From Octopus sinensis (lineage: Eukaryota), in contig NC_043008.1 of the NCBI RefSeq assembly GCF_006345805.1, positions 62,434,001-62,498,000 of the forward strand: DNA of 64,000 nt. Reading direction: 5' to 3'. The notes under the pieces were generated by a model, which was given only the letters and a program-made list of their open reading frames with translations, was not told the origin of the DNA and did not search any database. A program made the position numbers and the translations under genes. This document shows, one piece after another, positions 24,366-38,422 of this stretch (position 1 is the first letter of the stretch; the number at the start of each line of letters is the position of its first letter).

Positions 24366-25529
24366 GGCAGCAAGCTATTTTGAAGTTCAGTTTACCATTC
24401 CAGCTTCATCGGAATGTCAGTTTAACCAGCAAATCACCTAAAACACCAGATGAAAGGAAGAAATCAAGTTTATCAAGTATCGTGACATGAAAATTTGGGC
24501 AGGTGTTAAAGCTTTCTGTAGTTCATGAACTGAAATACAGGTATGTTGGTCTCCCCCATAAAACAAATGATTTGGCAATAAAATTAGGCCAAACGAAAAA
24601 ACAGAATGCAGTTCTTACGAAATCAGCAACATAACAATGCCGTCAATTATCATACTGTTTGTTCCAGATGATTCCTCATTTTGGAATATGTAAATTTATT
24701 TCTCAACATGGAAAAAGATCACTCAGTGATAGAGAGTATATTGAAAAAAAAAAACGGTTCTAGAATATATTATTTTGCTTTATAGGAAAGGACAAAATAT
24801 GCAGTGCATACAGCACGTATTAGTGAGTAGAAATTTCAGTGAAATATAGAATATTGAAATGATAATAAGCACATCATAAAGATGAAAGCAAACCTGTTAT
24901 CGTTGGTTTAGTTGAGATTCTGTCCTTAATTTGTTGATTGCTTGAATGAAATTAGTCTGTTTTATGAGATACATTTTTTATGAAGAATTATCTGTTGTGA
25001 AGATTTGTAAATTATTATTTTTTAGAGATTTCTGTTTGCATTTAAGGGATTTTAGTAGCAGTTTATAAAGATCTGAAAGTACATTTGATGTTATGCTTTA
25101 TTAGACAAAAGCTTTTGAAATCAAGCTGAAAATGTTTTTGATGGGATGCCAACTGTGGAACATTCAAATGTTTCCAAAACCTTAAGGACACCTAGCTGGT
25201 CCTCATGATAAATTAGACTTTCAGAGCATCTTAAAGCATTTAGCAAGCATCATTTAATCAACTATGAATAATTTCCTTCGAAATTTCTACACAGGTCATT
25301 TGGAGAATCCGTAAAATTCATTAAGTTTACTGACAATGTAACTTTAAGCAACATCATCTTCTGCATCATCTTTTAACATCTGTTGTCCATGCTGGCATGG
25401 GTTGGACAGTTTGACCAAAGCTGGCACGCTGGGAGCTGTACCAGACCTCAATCTGATTTGGCAAGGTTTCTACGACTGGATTCTCTTCCTAACACCAACC
25501 ACTTTAGAGAGTGTACTGGGCGCTCTTAT

Positions 25530-25832
25530 GTTGTTTGTTTGTTCCTTCTTGAGCCATGCCTGGCTCATAAGGGCTGGTTTCCCAGTTTCCTTGGTGTGTA
25601 GGTTCCCCAACTGGATGGGACGCCGGTCCGTCACAGGTGAGCTGCAAGATGCAGGAGGAAAGAATGAGAGAATGTTGTGGCAAAAGAGTCAGCAGAAGTT
25701 CACCATTACCTTCTGCCAGAGCCGCATGGAGCTCAGGTGTTTTCGCTCATAAACACACACATTGCCCGGTCTGAGATTCGAACCCACGATCCCTCGACTG
25801 CGAGTCTGCTGCTCTAACCACTAGGCCATGTG
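25530..25832 (-). mobile_element. Group C SINE variant nested in an RTE 3' UTR copy (about 25365-25880)
   Basis: Head tggcctagtggttagagc...gggttcgaatctc; gctcttatgt on both flanks. Confidence 0.8.
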
Positions 25833-26231
25833 CTCTTATGTGGTACTCTATGGATGCTTTTATGTGGCACTGCACAAACACTTTTACATGGCACTGCACA
25901 GAAGATGCATAGGATCCATAAAAACCTGAAGAAACTCAGAAAATTTATTCATTTCTGATATTGATGACAAAATTGAAGTGTTTATTGTCTTTGCATTCAT
26001 GTTATGAATGCTCACGTCTTGTTTTTTGCAGAAATGTTTAAATGATTTACCATAATTGTTCAATTGAATTGCTACTTGCCTCATTACTCTCACCATAACG
26101 GTGAACCCTTTATCTGAAGAATAAATATCATTAATAATTTCTTCAAAGGCAAAATGTCTAGGCTTTGCTCAATTTACAAGACGAAGTGCAGGGTTTATCA
26201 CATGATTGTTTCATTGCCAAAATAGATTTTT

Positions 26232-26460
26232 TTACTATTTTACTTGTTTCAGTCATTTGACTGTGGCCATGCTGGAGCACCGCCTTTAGTCGAGCAAATC
26301 AACCACAGGACTTGATCTTTGTAAGCCTAGTACTTATTCTATTGGTGTCTTTTGCGGAACCGCTAAGTTTCAGGGATGTAAACACACCAGCATCAGTTGT
26401 CAAGTGATGTTGGGAGGACAAATACAGACACACAAACATATACACACAAATACACACACA

Positions 26461-26505
<45 letters not shown>

Positions 26506-26689
26506 CATATATATATACATATATACGACAGGCATCTTTCAGTTCCCATCTACCAAATCCACTCACAAGGCTTTGGTCGGCCCGAGGCTATAGTAGAAGA
26601 CACTTGCCTAAGGTGCCATGCAGTGGGACTGAACCTGGAACCATGAGGTTGGTAAGCAAGCTACTTATCACACAGCCACTCCTATGCCT
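26232..26689 (-). mobile_element. SINE family A, full length
   Basis: Colinear with other A copies. Confidence 0.9.
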
Positions 26690-26846
26690 AAAATTAAATG
26701 CAATACTAAACATCAGTTATGGGGAAAATCATTTACAATGAGTCATAAACAGATGTGGCTACAAAGCTGTAGTGTGATCAGTTGTCTTTTTTTTAGTATT
26801 TTATCTTGATTTCTTGTGTGTGTTGTTTATTATCACTTTAATGGGA

Positions 26847-26976
<130 letters not shown>

Positions 26977-27480
26977 GACCGAACCATCAAGGCCAATAAA
27001 CCAGATATTGTTGTGAAAGACCAAAACAATAAAGTTTGCTTATTGATCGACATGAGCATCCCCTGTGATCATAATATCTCAGCGAAAGAGTTTGACAAGC
27101 TCAGAAAATATAAAGACCTACTCATTGAAATTGAGAAAATGTGGCATCTCAAGGCGGTTACAATACCAGTGATCGTAGGAGCACTAGGAATGATCAAGAA
27201 GGGAACCGAAAATTATATGAGAATGATCCCTGGCTTACCATCCCTGCAAGAAGTGCAAAAGATTGTCTTAACTGGTACATCACACGTATTGAGAAGAGCA
27301 TTGTCGATGTGAGAACTGTTGCTGCTCATGTATTTTAATTTAACTTTAAAAAAAAAAATTAACGAACTACTGAGTTTGGTTTAATGGCCTACCAATGTAT
27401 ACTATGAGTTTCTTTGCCCTAGGAGTCGGGAAGACACTCGGCAAGAAATGGAAGCAAATTTGAAAGAAGAAAAAAAAAAA
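26977..27480 (+). mobile_element. R4/Dong-type non-LTR retrotransposon 3' fragment (RLE domain, 3' UTR, A-rich tail)
   Basis: Uninterrupted DRTIKANKPDIVVKD...LIDMSIP...DKLRKYKDL...IPVIVGALG...LRRALSM* (PD..D..K nuclease); sits inside (TAA)n. Confidence 0.9.
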
Positions 27481-27524
27481 GTAATAATAATAATAATGAT
27501 GATGATGATGATGATGATATTGAA

Positions 27525-28215
27525 ATTATTATATACAGTGCTCAGGTGCACCACAACTTGTCAAAAGTGGGTATAAAGCATATGCAGTAATGTACAAATG
27601 TCTGGGAAGTGAACAGTGTATGAGTCAGATACATGCTTGCGTGTGTATGGAGAGGAGAAAATCAGGTGTAGTGTTGGCGAATCTCAGGAAGCATGGAAGT
27701 TTTGAAGGATGCAGTGCTCCTACAACTTACAACTGAAGCCGGTAGTTTGTTCCATACTTCAGCAACTCTCAGAGTGAAAAAATGTTTCCAAAAGTCATGC
27801 GTGTGTATGGAGAAGAGAAAATCAGGTGTAGTGTTGGCGAATCTCAGGAAGCATGGAAGTTTTGAAGGATGCAGTGCTCTGACAACTAACAACTGATGCT
27901 GGCAGTTTGTTCCATACTTCAGCAACTTTTAGAGTGAAAAAATGTCTCCAAAAGTCATGCGTGTGTATGGAGGAGAGAAAATCAGGTGTAGTGTTGGCAA
28001 ATCTCAGGAAGCATGGAAGTTTTGAAGGATGCAGTGCTCCGACAACTAACAACTGATGCCGGCTGTTTGTTCCATGCTTCAGCAACTCTTAGCGTGAAAA
28101 AATGTTTCCGAAAGTCATGGGAGCTGTGCTGTTTGCTGACTTTGTAAACATGTCCACGGGTGTTAGACAGGTGGAGTTTGAAAAGGTGCTCAGAGTTATT
28201 GTTAGTGAGTTATTG
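27525..28215 (-). mobile_element. CR1-clade LINE 3' end with a triplicated 160-bp segment
   Basis: NTRGHVYKV...RKHFFTLRVAEAWNK.PASVVS...SFK; units start at 27639, 27799 and 27959. Confidence 0.88.
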
Positions 28216-29512
28216 GTAGAGAATATGTTTATGCTGCTCCTGGTATATTGGGAACATGGTACAATAGGGTTAATAGTACTTCCATCAACATCCACATGTG
28301 ACGTGGTGTTTTCATAATGAAGAGTGTTATATCTAATTACAGGAGCAGCTCTGTTGATGAGATCAGTGCTGTACACAGAGCTCTTAGAATCCCCATATAT
28401 ATTACTGGTATTGATGGAAAAACTGAAAATCCTCTCACAGAAAATAAAAATGTTTATTGTGTTTTTGTTGACGTTATGAATGCTCATACATCTTGATTTT
28501 TTTGTGTTGTCACAATATTATTTATAAATGATGTTTTTCTATCGTCCTGCTTAAAAACACTGACATTAAAATAATTTTGTTTTATCTTATAAAGTAGTTT
28601 ACTATTTATAAATCATTATTTTTCAATTGCCTTTTTCAAACTATCGATATTAATAATTGTTTAAACATTTCCTAAAATGCTTCCATTTATTTCTATTTCG
28701 CTGCTGTATTTCTGTGATTGGTAAACAAAAATACACAGGAATAAGTACCAAGACTCCTCCTTTTTCCTGAAGAAGATCATTTATTGCTGTTATTCATTCA
28801 TAAAATTTTACATTTTGTGAATTATTGCTATAAATAAAGCATGTAATTCCTAAAGCTGTCCCATTCAAACGTTTCAGAAGTTACTGATTGTCTAAATAGA
28901 TTTCTATAAGAATGCTTTGAAGAATGTTTTTTTCTCTTTCTTCATAAAATAAACACTGTGTCTATTCTGTAGTACAGAATATATCTATAGATAATTCTTA
29001 TTTTTTTTAGCCCAAACTGTATTTACTGTATTTATAGAGAGATGTAAATACCATGTCTTTTTTATATACAATATTTTCATGAACAGAAGAAGAGGAAGAT
29101 ATTTTATATAAACAAACTGTTTACACACAGTGTTGGCTAAAATCTATAGATATATTCTTTGGTATAGCATGACATTAAAACAAAAACACTGTTAATGGAC
29201 CTAGGATAAAATAATATAAATATAATAAAAAATATAATGCAAATATAATAAAACTATAATGCAAATGTTATAAAAATAAATTGCGTAAATATGATAAAAA
29301 TATAATGTAAATGTAATAAAAATTTAGATGCAAAAAATATCTTTTTAAAATCTAAAAAATTACAACGGAAGCGAAAAGTCTGCTGCTGAAAATTTTCCAC
29401 AGGCAAATGTGAAGAATTTTTGGCATGATTAGCGCTAATATGGACACACACTCTCATAAACCACTCACAGCATCTAATTTAAGTCTATCAGATTCACTAT
29501 AATGTCCCTAGC

Positions 29513-29678
29513 TACATTCTGAGTTCAAATTCTGCCAAGGTCGACTTTGCCTTTCATCCTTTCGGGGTCGATAAATAAAGTACCAGTTTCGCACTGGGGT
29601 CGATGTAATCGACTTAATCCCTTTGTCTGTTCTTGTTTGTCCCTTCTATGTTTAGCCCCTTGTGGGCAATAAAGAAAT
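29513..29678 (+). mobile_element. SINE family B, 5'-truncated, 12-bp TSD
   Basis: tataatgtccct at 29498-29509 and 29680-29691. Confidence 0.88.
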
Positions 29679-30519
29679 TTATAATGTCCCTTCATTTTTT
29701 TCATGTTCATAAAGTGTGGTTCCAGGGTGATTTGACTGCTATTTCTGTACGTAACAAGACTTCTCAAAATAATTTTCCTCAGATCTACAGAGTTCATGAT
29801 GCCTGTCATTTCTACACATCACTTTAAAAGCAGCTCCATTTTATTGTCCAACAATATCCTAGCTACGTGCTGTGTATATTTAATGAATATATGTCTTTGT
29901 CTCTTTCCAAACTATGAACCAAGAACAAGATAAAAACTTTGTTGTCATTACTTCATGATTTTATTAGTATTCCTTCTTATTTATTCCTTTGTATTCCTTA
30001 CATATTCTTATATTCCTTATTATATTCACGTTCTTTATATTTATTCTCGTATATTCTTGTATAATTCTTATTATATTCCAGTCGTTCATATCCCCTTTAC
30101 ATTCCTAATTTCCCTTTATATTCCTTTTAAATTCTTTCCTCTTTTATTATATTTATTATGTTTGTATAGTTTCATAGCTGTATTTTTTTCCCCATATCTT
30201 CAGCTATTGTCATTTTTTGGCTTTCCGCTGTTACCAGTGCTTCAACTTCAGTGATGTAGCCATCTTGTCAACATAACTCTGGCAGTAACCAACCAACAAA
30301 GTTTCCATCTATTATGATTTACACAGAAACTTTTGTTCTAATATTTACCAAAATATATATTGTCTTGCTAGTATAATATAGTTGTTCTTTTTTTGTTCTC
30401 TTGTAGTAAGTAGTGTTTGGTAGTCTTGCAGAAGCTAGTATCCCCAAACTAGTACAGCTCACACCCAGTTAGATAATGATTTCATGACATTGGTACAGAA
30501 CCACAAATTCCAAAATATC

Positions 30520-30740
30520 CTCCTCGTCATCATCCTCATCACCACCACCACCACTACCATCATCATCATCACCACCACCACCACCATCACCACCACTACC
30601 ACCACCACCACCACCACCACCACCACCACCACCACTGTAATCGTCATCGCCATTGTCATCATTATCCTCGTCGTCGTCATCATCATCATCATTGTTATCA
30701 TTATCATTATTGTCCCTATTATTTCCACCATCCTCATCTG
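30520..30740. repeat. (CAC)/(CAT) microsatellite
   Basis: Direct reading. Confidence 0.95.
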
Positions 30741-30987
30741 ATATGATGGGTAAATTGTTGCCATCTTATACTCCTCAAACTGACCTAAAAGTATTAATGA
30801 ACCACCAACTATGAACCAACTTTATGCAGAGATGCAATGCTAAACTAGTACTCTGCCCTCTTTTTACTACTACTTAGTTAATTTTCAAAACATTTAAGTA
30901 CAAGTATGTTTGTGTGGTTAAGAAGTTTTCTTCCTATCCATGAAGTACCAGGTTCAGTCCTACTGCATGGTACCTTTATTTTTTATG

Positions 30988-31370
30988 TTTCAGTCCTTAG
31001 ACTGTGATGATGCTGGAACATTGCTTTGAAGAACTTTCAGTGGAATGAAATGAACCCAGAACTTATTTTAATTTAAGTCTGGTACTTATTCTATTGGCCT
31101 CTTTTTGCTGAACTGCTAGTTTATGGGGATGTAAACAAACCAACACCAGTTGTGTAAATTGGCGGCAGGAGACAAACATAAACACAAAGACACACACACA
31201 CACATATATATGACGGGCTTCTTTCAGTTTCCATGTACCAAATCCACCCACAAGGCTTTAGTCAACCAAAGGTTGTTGCAGAAAACACATGCCAAAGATG
31301 TCACACAGTGGATTTGAACCTGGAACCATGTGGCTTGGAAGTAAACTTCTTATCACACAACAATGCCTGC
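30988..31370 (-). mobile_element. SINE family A, diverged
   Basis: Colinear with other A copies. Confidence 0.75.
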
Positions 31371-31834
31371 AGTTGGTTTTCTATTGTAGCTCTGTTCATT
31401 ATGAAAGGATGTCTGTAAATATGGGATAAATTCAAAATAACAAGGTAGGGTATATAATCTTTGTTGCTTGAAAATATGATCATCTTGGTAATCATCTTTT
31501 TAATGTCTTCTTTCTCATGCTGGCTTGGATTAAATGGAATACATTGAGGAAGGCTTTCTAAGGCTGATTGCCCTTCTTGTTGTTAACCTTCACCTGCTAA
31601 CAAGAAAGGTATTATTTCCTCATGGCCTGACACATTTTCAAAGAAAATTGGAAACAAAAGACTGCTTGCATTATGGTGAAACTTGTTTACAACTATTGCT
31701 TGATATGATGCCAAAAAGGTACACACACACACATATACAGCCACACACATGCAATCACAAACACATACATACATGCATGCATACATACATACATACATAC
31801 ATACATACATACATACATACATACATACATACAT

Positions 31835-31882
<48 letters not shown>

Positions 31883-32601
31883 GTATACATATACAACAGA
31901 CCTCTTTCCATTTCCATCTACTAAATCCAATCTCATGGCTTGGTTCAGTTAGGGTTCCAGTAGCAGGCATTTACCCGAAGTCCCACACAGAGGGACAGTG
32001 CCTGAAGCCACTTGTTTAGGAAACAAACTTCTTAGCCTCATAGTCAAGCCTGAGATTGTTATGCATTTTAATTTAATAAGTTTTATCAAATATTAACATT
32101 CAAGTAACAAATAATAAATTATTTCTCATTCATTCCTTGTGCATAATCACCACAGCTAATGTTATTTTGACTCCCAGTAATTCTTTTAACCCTTATCTTT
32201 CTGCCATTTCTTTATATTTTTTAATAACAGTAGAACTTTAAATGTGGCTGAGGTCGACTTTGCCTTTCATCTTTCCAAAGCCAATAAAATGAGTACCTGT
32301 CGTGTACTGGGATCAATTACCTCTACTCCGAAATTGCTGGCCTTGTTCCAAAATTCGAAACCAAGAATAGTAGATTATTTACATTATTTACATTATTCGA
32401 TGGGTATTTGTTCTCATCTTGTTTATTGTTAACACAACATTTCGGTTGATATACCCCCCAGCAGTCGAATATAAATAATGTACAAAATTCTTCATCTCTT
32501 AAATATAGAACTGCAAGAATAGTAGAACTTTCCCAGGCATGTAAATTGTAAATTAACCAGTGATAATTTTATGTTTTCTGTATTAGGTATTAATGATTTT
32601 T

Positions 32602-32671
32602 TTTCGCTAAGTTACGGGGACATAAACACACCAATATCGGTTGTCAAGCGATATTGGGGGGACAAATACAG

Positions 32672-32743
<72 letters not shown>

Positions 32744-32927
32744 TACATATATACATACATATATACGACAGGCTTCTTTCAGTTTCCGTCTACCAAATCC
32801 ACTTGCAAGGCTTTGGTCGGCCCGAGGCTATAGTAGAAGACACTTGCCCAAGGTGCCATGCAGTGGGAATGTACCCAGAACCATGTGGTTGGTAAGCAAG
32901 CTACTAACCACACAGCCACTCCTGTGC
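32602..32927 (-). mobile_element. SINE family A, 3'-truncated
   Basis: Head and core intact. Confidence 0.85.
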
Positions 32928-33407
32928 ATACTACGCTGTCATAGTATTTTATTGAGAGATTGTCTTCCAAACAAGCTGTCTTTCAAAATTTCTTGAATGA
33001 CATTAAATTCTCTAGATATATATATATTGCCAGCAAAGAGCTGTGGATGCACAGTAGATTTTGAAAAAATTAGGATGTATAAACAAGAGGCACATTGATC
33101 ATCTCGTGTTTATATATTTAACCCAAGGTGTTCCTGCTGAGGATGATTTTACCTAACGAGTATATGTTATTTACTTGCTAAACTAAAATCAGAAACCAAT
33201 TGGTCCAGGAAACTAGATGGTAAAATGTTCTTATTTTTTCATTTAATTCCTGTCAAATTTTATCGGTAATTTTGTGGTTATGGAACCTAGATGTTGTTTC
33301 TAGTGTGTTGAATCCCACAAGTGGATTCCTCATTTGTTTAAAATGTACGCTGTATTTTATGACTATATATATATATATATATAAATATAATATATATATA
33401 TATATAC

Positions 33408-33440
<33 letters not shown>

Positions 33441-33464
33441 CTATATATATCCATATATATATAT

Positions 33465-33525
<61 letters not shown>

Positions 33526-33583
33526 TATATAATATATATATATACATATATATATAATATATATATAAGTATGTATATATATG

Positions 33584-33621
<38 letters not shown>

Positions 33622-33824
33622 CATATATTTGAAAACCCACTAGAATGGGAGCAAGCGCTAATCCGAATGATATGATATATATGTAAAAAATGTAATATAT
33701 AAATAAATATCTACAAATATGAACCATCTGATCTGATTACCTCAATTTTTCTAATATATATACATATATATATATATATATATCATCATCATCGTTTAAC
33801 GTCCGTTCTCCATGCTAGCATGGG

Positions 33825-33874
<50 letters not shown>

Positions 33875-34750
33875 AATGCTATGCGACACACACCTAATTT
33901 CTGAAACTACTCTTCAGTTTATGGCGGTTTTCTTGAAATTTTAGTGAGGTATTTCAGTGTAAACATATTCAATGTATAAATTCAATTATTGGTTAGCATT
34001 TTGATTGAGATCCTTGTGGCTGTTTTTACTGCATCTTTTCCTTTCGTTGTAAACCCTTCTGAGATTTTTTGTAATGTTACAACTTGAATCAAGTGTCTTC
34101 TGACGTAGACACTCACTACACATATTCTAATAGCTTAGTGGTTATAACAAAACATAGCATGTATCTCTGTTATAGTTACTCAAATATCCTTAGTTGTTTC
34201 TGAACTTTTGGCATTCAGATGTAACTCATTTATCTATTTACAATTATTTTACTGCATCAATTACGGTCTGACACATGTATACCTGTCTTTTCTCCTGCAT
34301 ACCATTGCAATCAACCAGATTTCTCACGAAAATCTTGCATAGAGTGTTTATTTTGACAAGTGATTGGTTTGCATCTCTCATTCTTATTCACATTTTCTAA
34401 ATTGGGAACAAGGGATTTTAACCCAGTGCTTTCCATATTCAAAATGGCATGTAGATTGTGAAGAAAATTCCTGCATTGCAAGACACATTTGTTTCTAAGC
34501 ACAGATAAACTTTTTCCACCAATAAAATATGTAATGGTATTAATATTTGCTGCATATTAATTTCTCCTTTCCTTTAGTCATTTGAAAGACTTTTTTTCTT
34601 TTGCTAGCCTTTACTTTCAACTTCTGAATCAATATTTCCATTAATAAAATATTCTTTTCTCATATTCTAGTACAGAACACTGATAAAACTTGGCAGCCAG
34701 TGACCCTTAAAGCACATCTTACCTTCTTTAAAAAAAAGGAAAGACATGTA

Positions 34751-35637
34751 CTCTTACTCTCTCTTTTACTCTTTTACTTGTTTCAGTCATTTGACTGTGG
34801 CCATGCTGGAGCACCACCTTTAGTCGAGCAAATCGACCCCGGGACTTATTCTTTGTAAGCCCAGTACTTATTCTATCAGTCTCTTTTGCCGAACCGCTAA
34901 GTAACGGGGACGTAAACACACCAGCATCGGTTGTCAAGCAATGCTAGGGGGACAAACACAGACACACAAACACACACACATACATATATATATATATACG
35001 ACAGGCTTCTATCAGTTTCCGTCTACCAAATCCACTCACAAGGCATTGGTCGGCCCGGGGCTATAGCAGAAGACACTTGCCCAAGATGCCACGCAGTGGG
35101 ACTGAACCCGGAACCATGTGGTTGTTTAGCAAGCTACTTACCACACAGCCGCTCCTGCGCCTTCTTTAAAAAAAGGAAAGACATGTACTCTTACTCTCTC
35201 TTTTACTCTTTTACTATTTTACTTGTTTCAGTCATTTGACTGTGGCCATGCTGGAGCACCACCTTTAGTCGAGCAAATTGACCCCAGGACTTATTCTTTG
35301 TAAGCCTAGTACTTATTCCATCGGTCTCTTTTGCCGAACTGCTAAGTTATGGAGATGTAAACACACCAACATCGGTTGTCAAGCGATGTTGGTGGGACAA
35401 ACACAGGCACACACACACACACATACATACACACACACACACCCACATATATATATACACATATACATATATACGACAGGCTTCTTTCAGTTTCCATCTA
35501 CCAAATCCACTCACAAGGCTTTGGTCAGCCCAAGGCTATAGTAGAAGACACTTGCCCAAGGTGCCATGCAGTGGGACTGAACCTGGAACCATGTGGTTGG
35601 TAAGCAAGCTACTTACCACACAGCCACTCCTGCACCT
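34751..35637 (-). mobile_element. Two tandem family A SINEs (34751-35161 and 35190-35637)
   Basis: Two complete copies; about 30 bp of flank is duplicated on each side of the left copy. Confidence 0.92.
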
Positions 35638-35984
35638 ATTTGTGCAGAAAAATAAAGAGAACAATGTCTTAAGTGTCAGCAGCTGGCTCTTTAGGATGTA
35701 TTCTCTTTCTGATGACCTCCCACACAATTCACAAAACAGCTGGACTAACATACTTCAAAAAAGACCTGGATGTGAAATGCACAGTGTACCCCTCCCCCCA
35801 CCACTAAGAAAGACTACGCATGAGCATGTTTACCAAACAGTTGAAGACAACAGTAGTGTCAACATAAAGTGCAGATTCCCTTAGATTTGTGACTACTAAC
35901 TACATCATATTTGCAATCCAAGAACCAGAGATTGTCCAGAAATGCCAAATAAACAAAAATGACACAGATGCTGTACTGTGGGTT

Positions 35985-36515
35985 TGGCATCCGTGCTAGT
36001 GGGGTGCAAAGAGCACCATATGAGTGTGATCATTGACAGAGCGGCTAACCGGCTTCCGTGCCAGTGGCACATAAAAGGCACCATTTGAGTGTGATCATTA
36101 CCAGCATTGCCTTACTGGCACTTGAGCCCCGTGCTAGTAAGGTGCTAAGAGCACCATCCAAGCATGATCGTTGCCAGAGCGGCTAATTGGCTTCCAGGCC
36201 GGTGGCACGTAAAAGGCACCATTCGAGTGTGATTGTTAACAGCATTGCTTTACTGGCACGTGTGCCAGTGGCATGTATAAAAAGATTCGAATGAGGTCGT
36301 TGCCAGTACCGCCTGACTGGCCCCCATGCCGGCGTCACGTAAAAGCACCTACTACACTCTCGGAGTGGTTGGCATTAGGAAGGGCATCCAGCTGTAGAAA
36401 CTCTGCCAAGACTGGAGCCTGGTGCAGCCATCTGGTTAGCCAGCCCTCAGTCAAATTGTCCAATCCATGCTAGCATGGAAAGCGGACGTTAAACGATGAT
36501 GATAATAATGATGAT
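35985..36515 (+). mobile_element. RTE 3' UTR copy with internal tandem subrepeats
   Basis: Repeated gtgctagt..agagcaccat..gccagtggcac..aaaaggcaccat blocks, then the standard terminus and (GAT)n. Confidence 0.85.
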
Positions 36516-37289
36516 GTATTTCATAGCAATCTTCTGTTCTTCGATTGCTGATGCTTACCTTCCAAAGCATAATGTGATGTAGCAATCATGAGTCCAAAAG
36601 AGGCTGTGCTTCATGCTGATGTTACTGTTCACTTCAAGTCTTCAGTAAACAAACTTATGTAGAGTCCTTTCCTTTTTGGTATGCTAAGTGTTTCACATCC
36701 TGGTCTTATTTGTGGTATCTTTCTCAGGAAGGGAGAGCTTCCTGAGGAGCTTGCTGACAGCATATAAGGCATTGTTCTTTTCCCTTTTCCAGGAAGCAAC
36801 CAAATATATAAATTTTGTTATATTTCTGTGGAAGACACCACACACGTAATTAGCAGGTGCTCAAGAATTTCATAAGGTACTATCCCCAATGCAATATAAA
36901 ATTGTCACAAAAACAATATACAATGCCAATCAGAAAATGACAGTCGTGGAATAAATCCGAGAATAGAAAATCTGTATAGATAATTCTTTGTTATTGAATA
37001 TATACACAAACATCAACACAAGGAAGAATAGTCGAACATTGAATTATTGATAACTTGGTGCCTCGGACCAAATGGAATTGGATTTCATAAAATTGACTAA
37101 AACCTCCCGGAAATTACTTTAAATTATATGCCATCAGATAAAAGAAGACAATATATAAGTAAGCTTTCTTTTTCCCCCTTACTGTTTTCGGTCTTAGGAC
37201 TATGGACGATGTAGCTTTGATGTACAAAACGATAGGATAGTACTAAACAATAATTGACATGAATGCCAGTATGTATGTGTGATGTGTGA

Positions 37290-37371
<82 letters not shown>

Positions 37372-37409
37372 ATGAATGTATGTATATATGATGTGTGATG
37401 TATGTATAT

Positions 37410-37468
<59 letters not shown>

Positions 37469-37747
37469 TGTGTGTGTGTGTGTGTATGTATGTGTGTAGA
37501 TTTGACATCATAAGACTTTTATAAACTTTCAAGACAACATCAAATAATTTTCTTTTTGGAATATTGGCTCTCCGGGAATATAACATGAAGCTATAATAGA
37601 ATTTAAATTTGGGTTGAAATTTCTTTTGGATAGAAAAGGGTGAAGGCTGCCCATCTCCAGGATATATGTGGTCGAATCCCAAGTGTAGCATTCCACGATT
37701 TTTATTCCAAACATTTTAAAACCCAATACTTATTTTATATATATATA

Positions 37748-37780
37748 CTAGCTTAAAAGTCACCGTATCAGGTGGCTTGC
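37748..37780 (-). mobile_element. Possible Helitron 3' terminus
   Basis: Minus strand: hairpin aagccacc-tgatac-ggtgactt, 5 nt, then CTAG|T abutting (TA)n. Confidence 0.4.
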
Positions 37781-38149
37781 TCCCTCTGATTTCATGTCAG
37801 TCTTGGCATGCTTGCTGTGTTCAGGAAGCGAATGACAGGCTGGTTAAATTTGGGATGCCTTTTATACCAAATGAGTCAACGTTTTGCACAGGCAGCATGC
37901 TTTTCAAAACAAAGCATTCATGAGCATTACCATGGTCACAAAAAAGTGAGCAAGTTAAAACCCTACATGCAATCCTTGTGTTTTCAAGAGAGAGTGGTCG
38001 TGAGGGTCAGTGACAACTTTCAAATATCAAATTACCTAGATATGTAATTAAATCCATATAATCTCAATATCATGTGTGAAACAATCTTTTACAGTGCGAT
38101 ATTTCTTTTATAGCTCAGTACATATATATATATATATAAATTTTTTTTT

Positions 38150-38340
38150 GTAATGAGATAAAAACCAAGGTTGTGTAGATTTTAAAACATTTATAGATAG
38201 AAGGTCTTACGGCTGTTTCCAAGAAATTTATTATATCCCTTCATTGGTGATGATGTGAGAGGATGGTTAAGAAATAATTAATTTAGATAAGATATAAAAT
38301 AGAGAGTGAGGTGGAGGAAAGAAAAGAAAATAGATGTGAG
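38150..38340 (-). mobile_element. Degenerate copy of the 41.1-kb HHR element
   Basis: Minus strand ccaatga-agggatat...GAAAC-agcc-GTA-agac; downstream ccttgg..tctcatt matches 41220-41285. Confidence 0.6.
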
Positions 38341-38422
38341 ATATATAGGGATATTGGGTCTCAATGACACCATTACCTCTCACAATCTATATATATATAT
38401 ATAATATATATATATATATATA

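Noticed and set aside
24404-24546. Exon-like segment ending in cag|gtatgt (also acceptors at 11263 and 45438)
   Set aside because: Stops in all frames and no consistent gene model. A non-coding exon cannot be excluded but is unsupported.
27639-28120. CRISPR-like array
   Set aside because: 160-bp head-to-tail repeats with no unique spacers, derived from a CR1 LINE in a eukaryotic context.
33870-34560. Possible Penelope GIY-YIG or host exon remnant (also 63440-63790)
   Set aside because: Multiple stops and no recognisable catalytic motif.
35705-35750. ctgatga...aaacagctgg hammerhead-like match
   Set aside because: No stem II, no GAAA and no stem I pairing.
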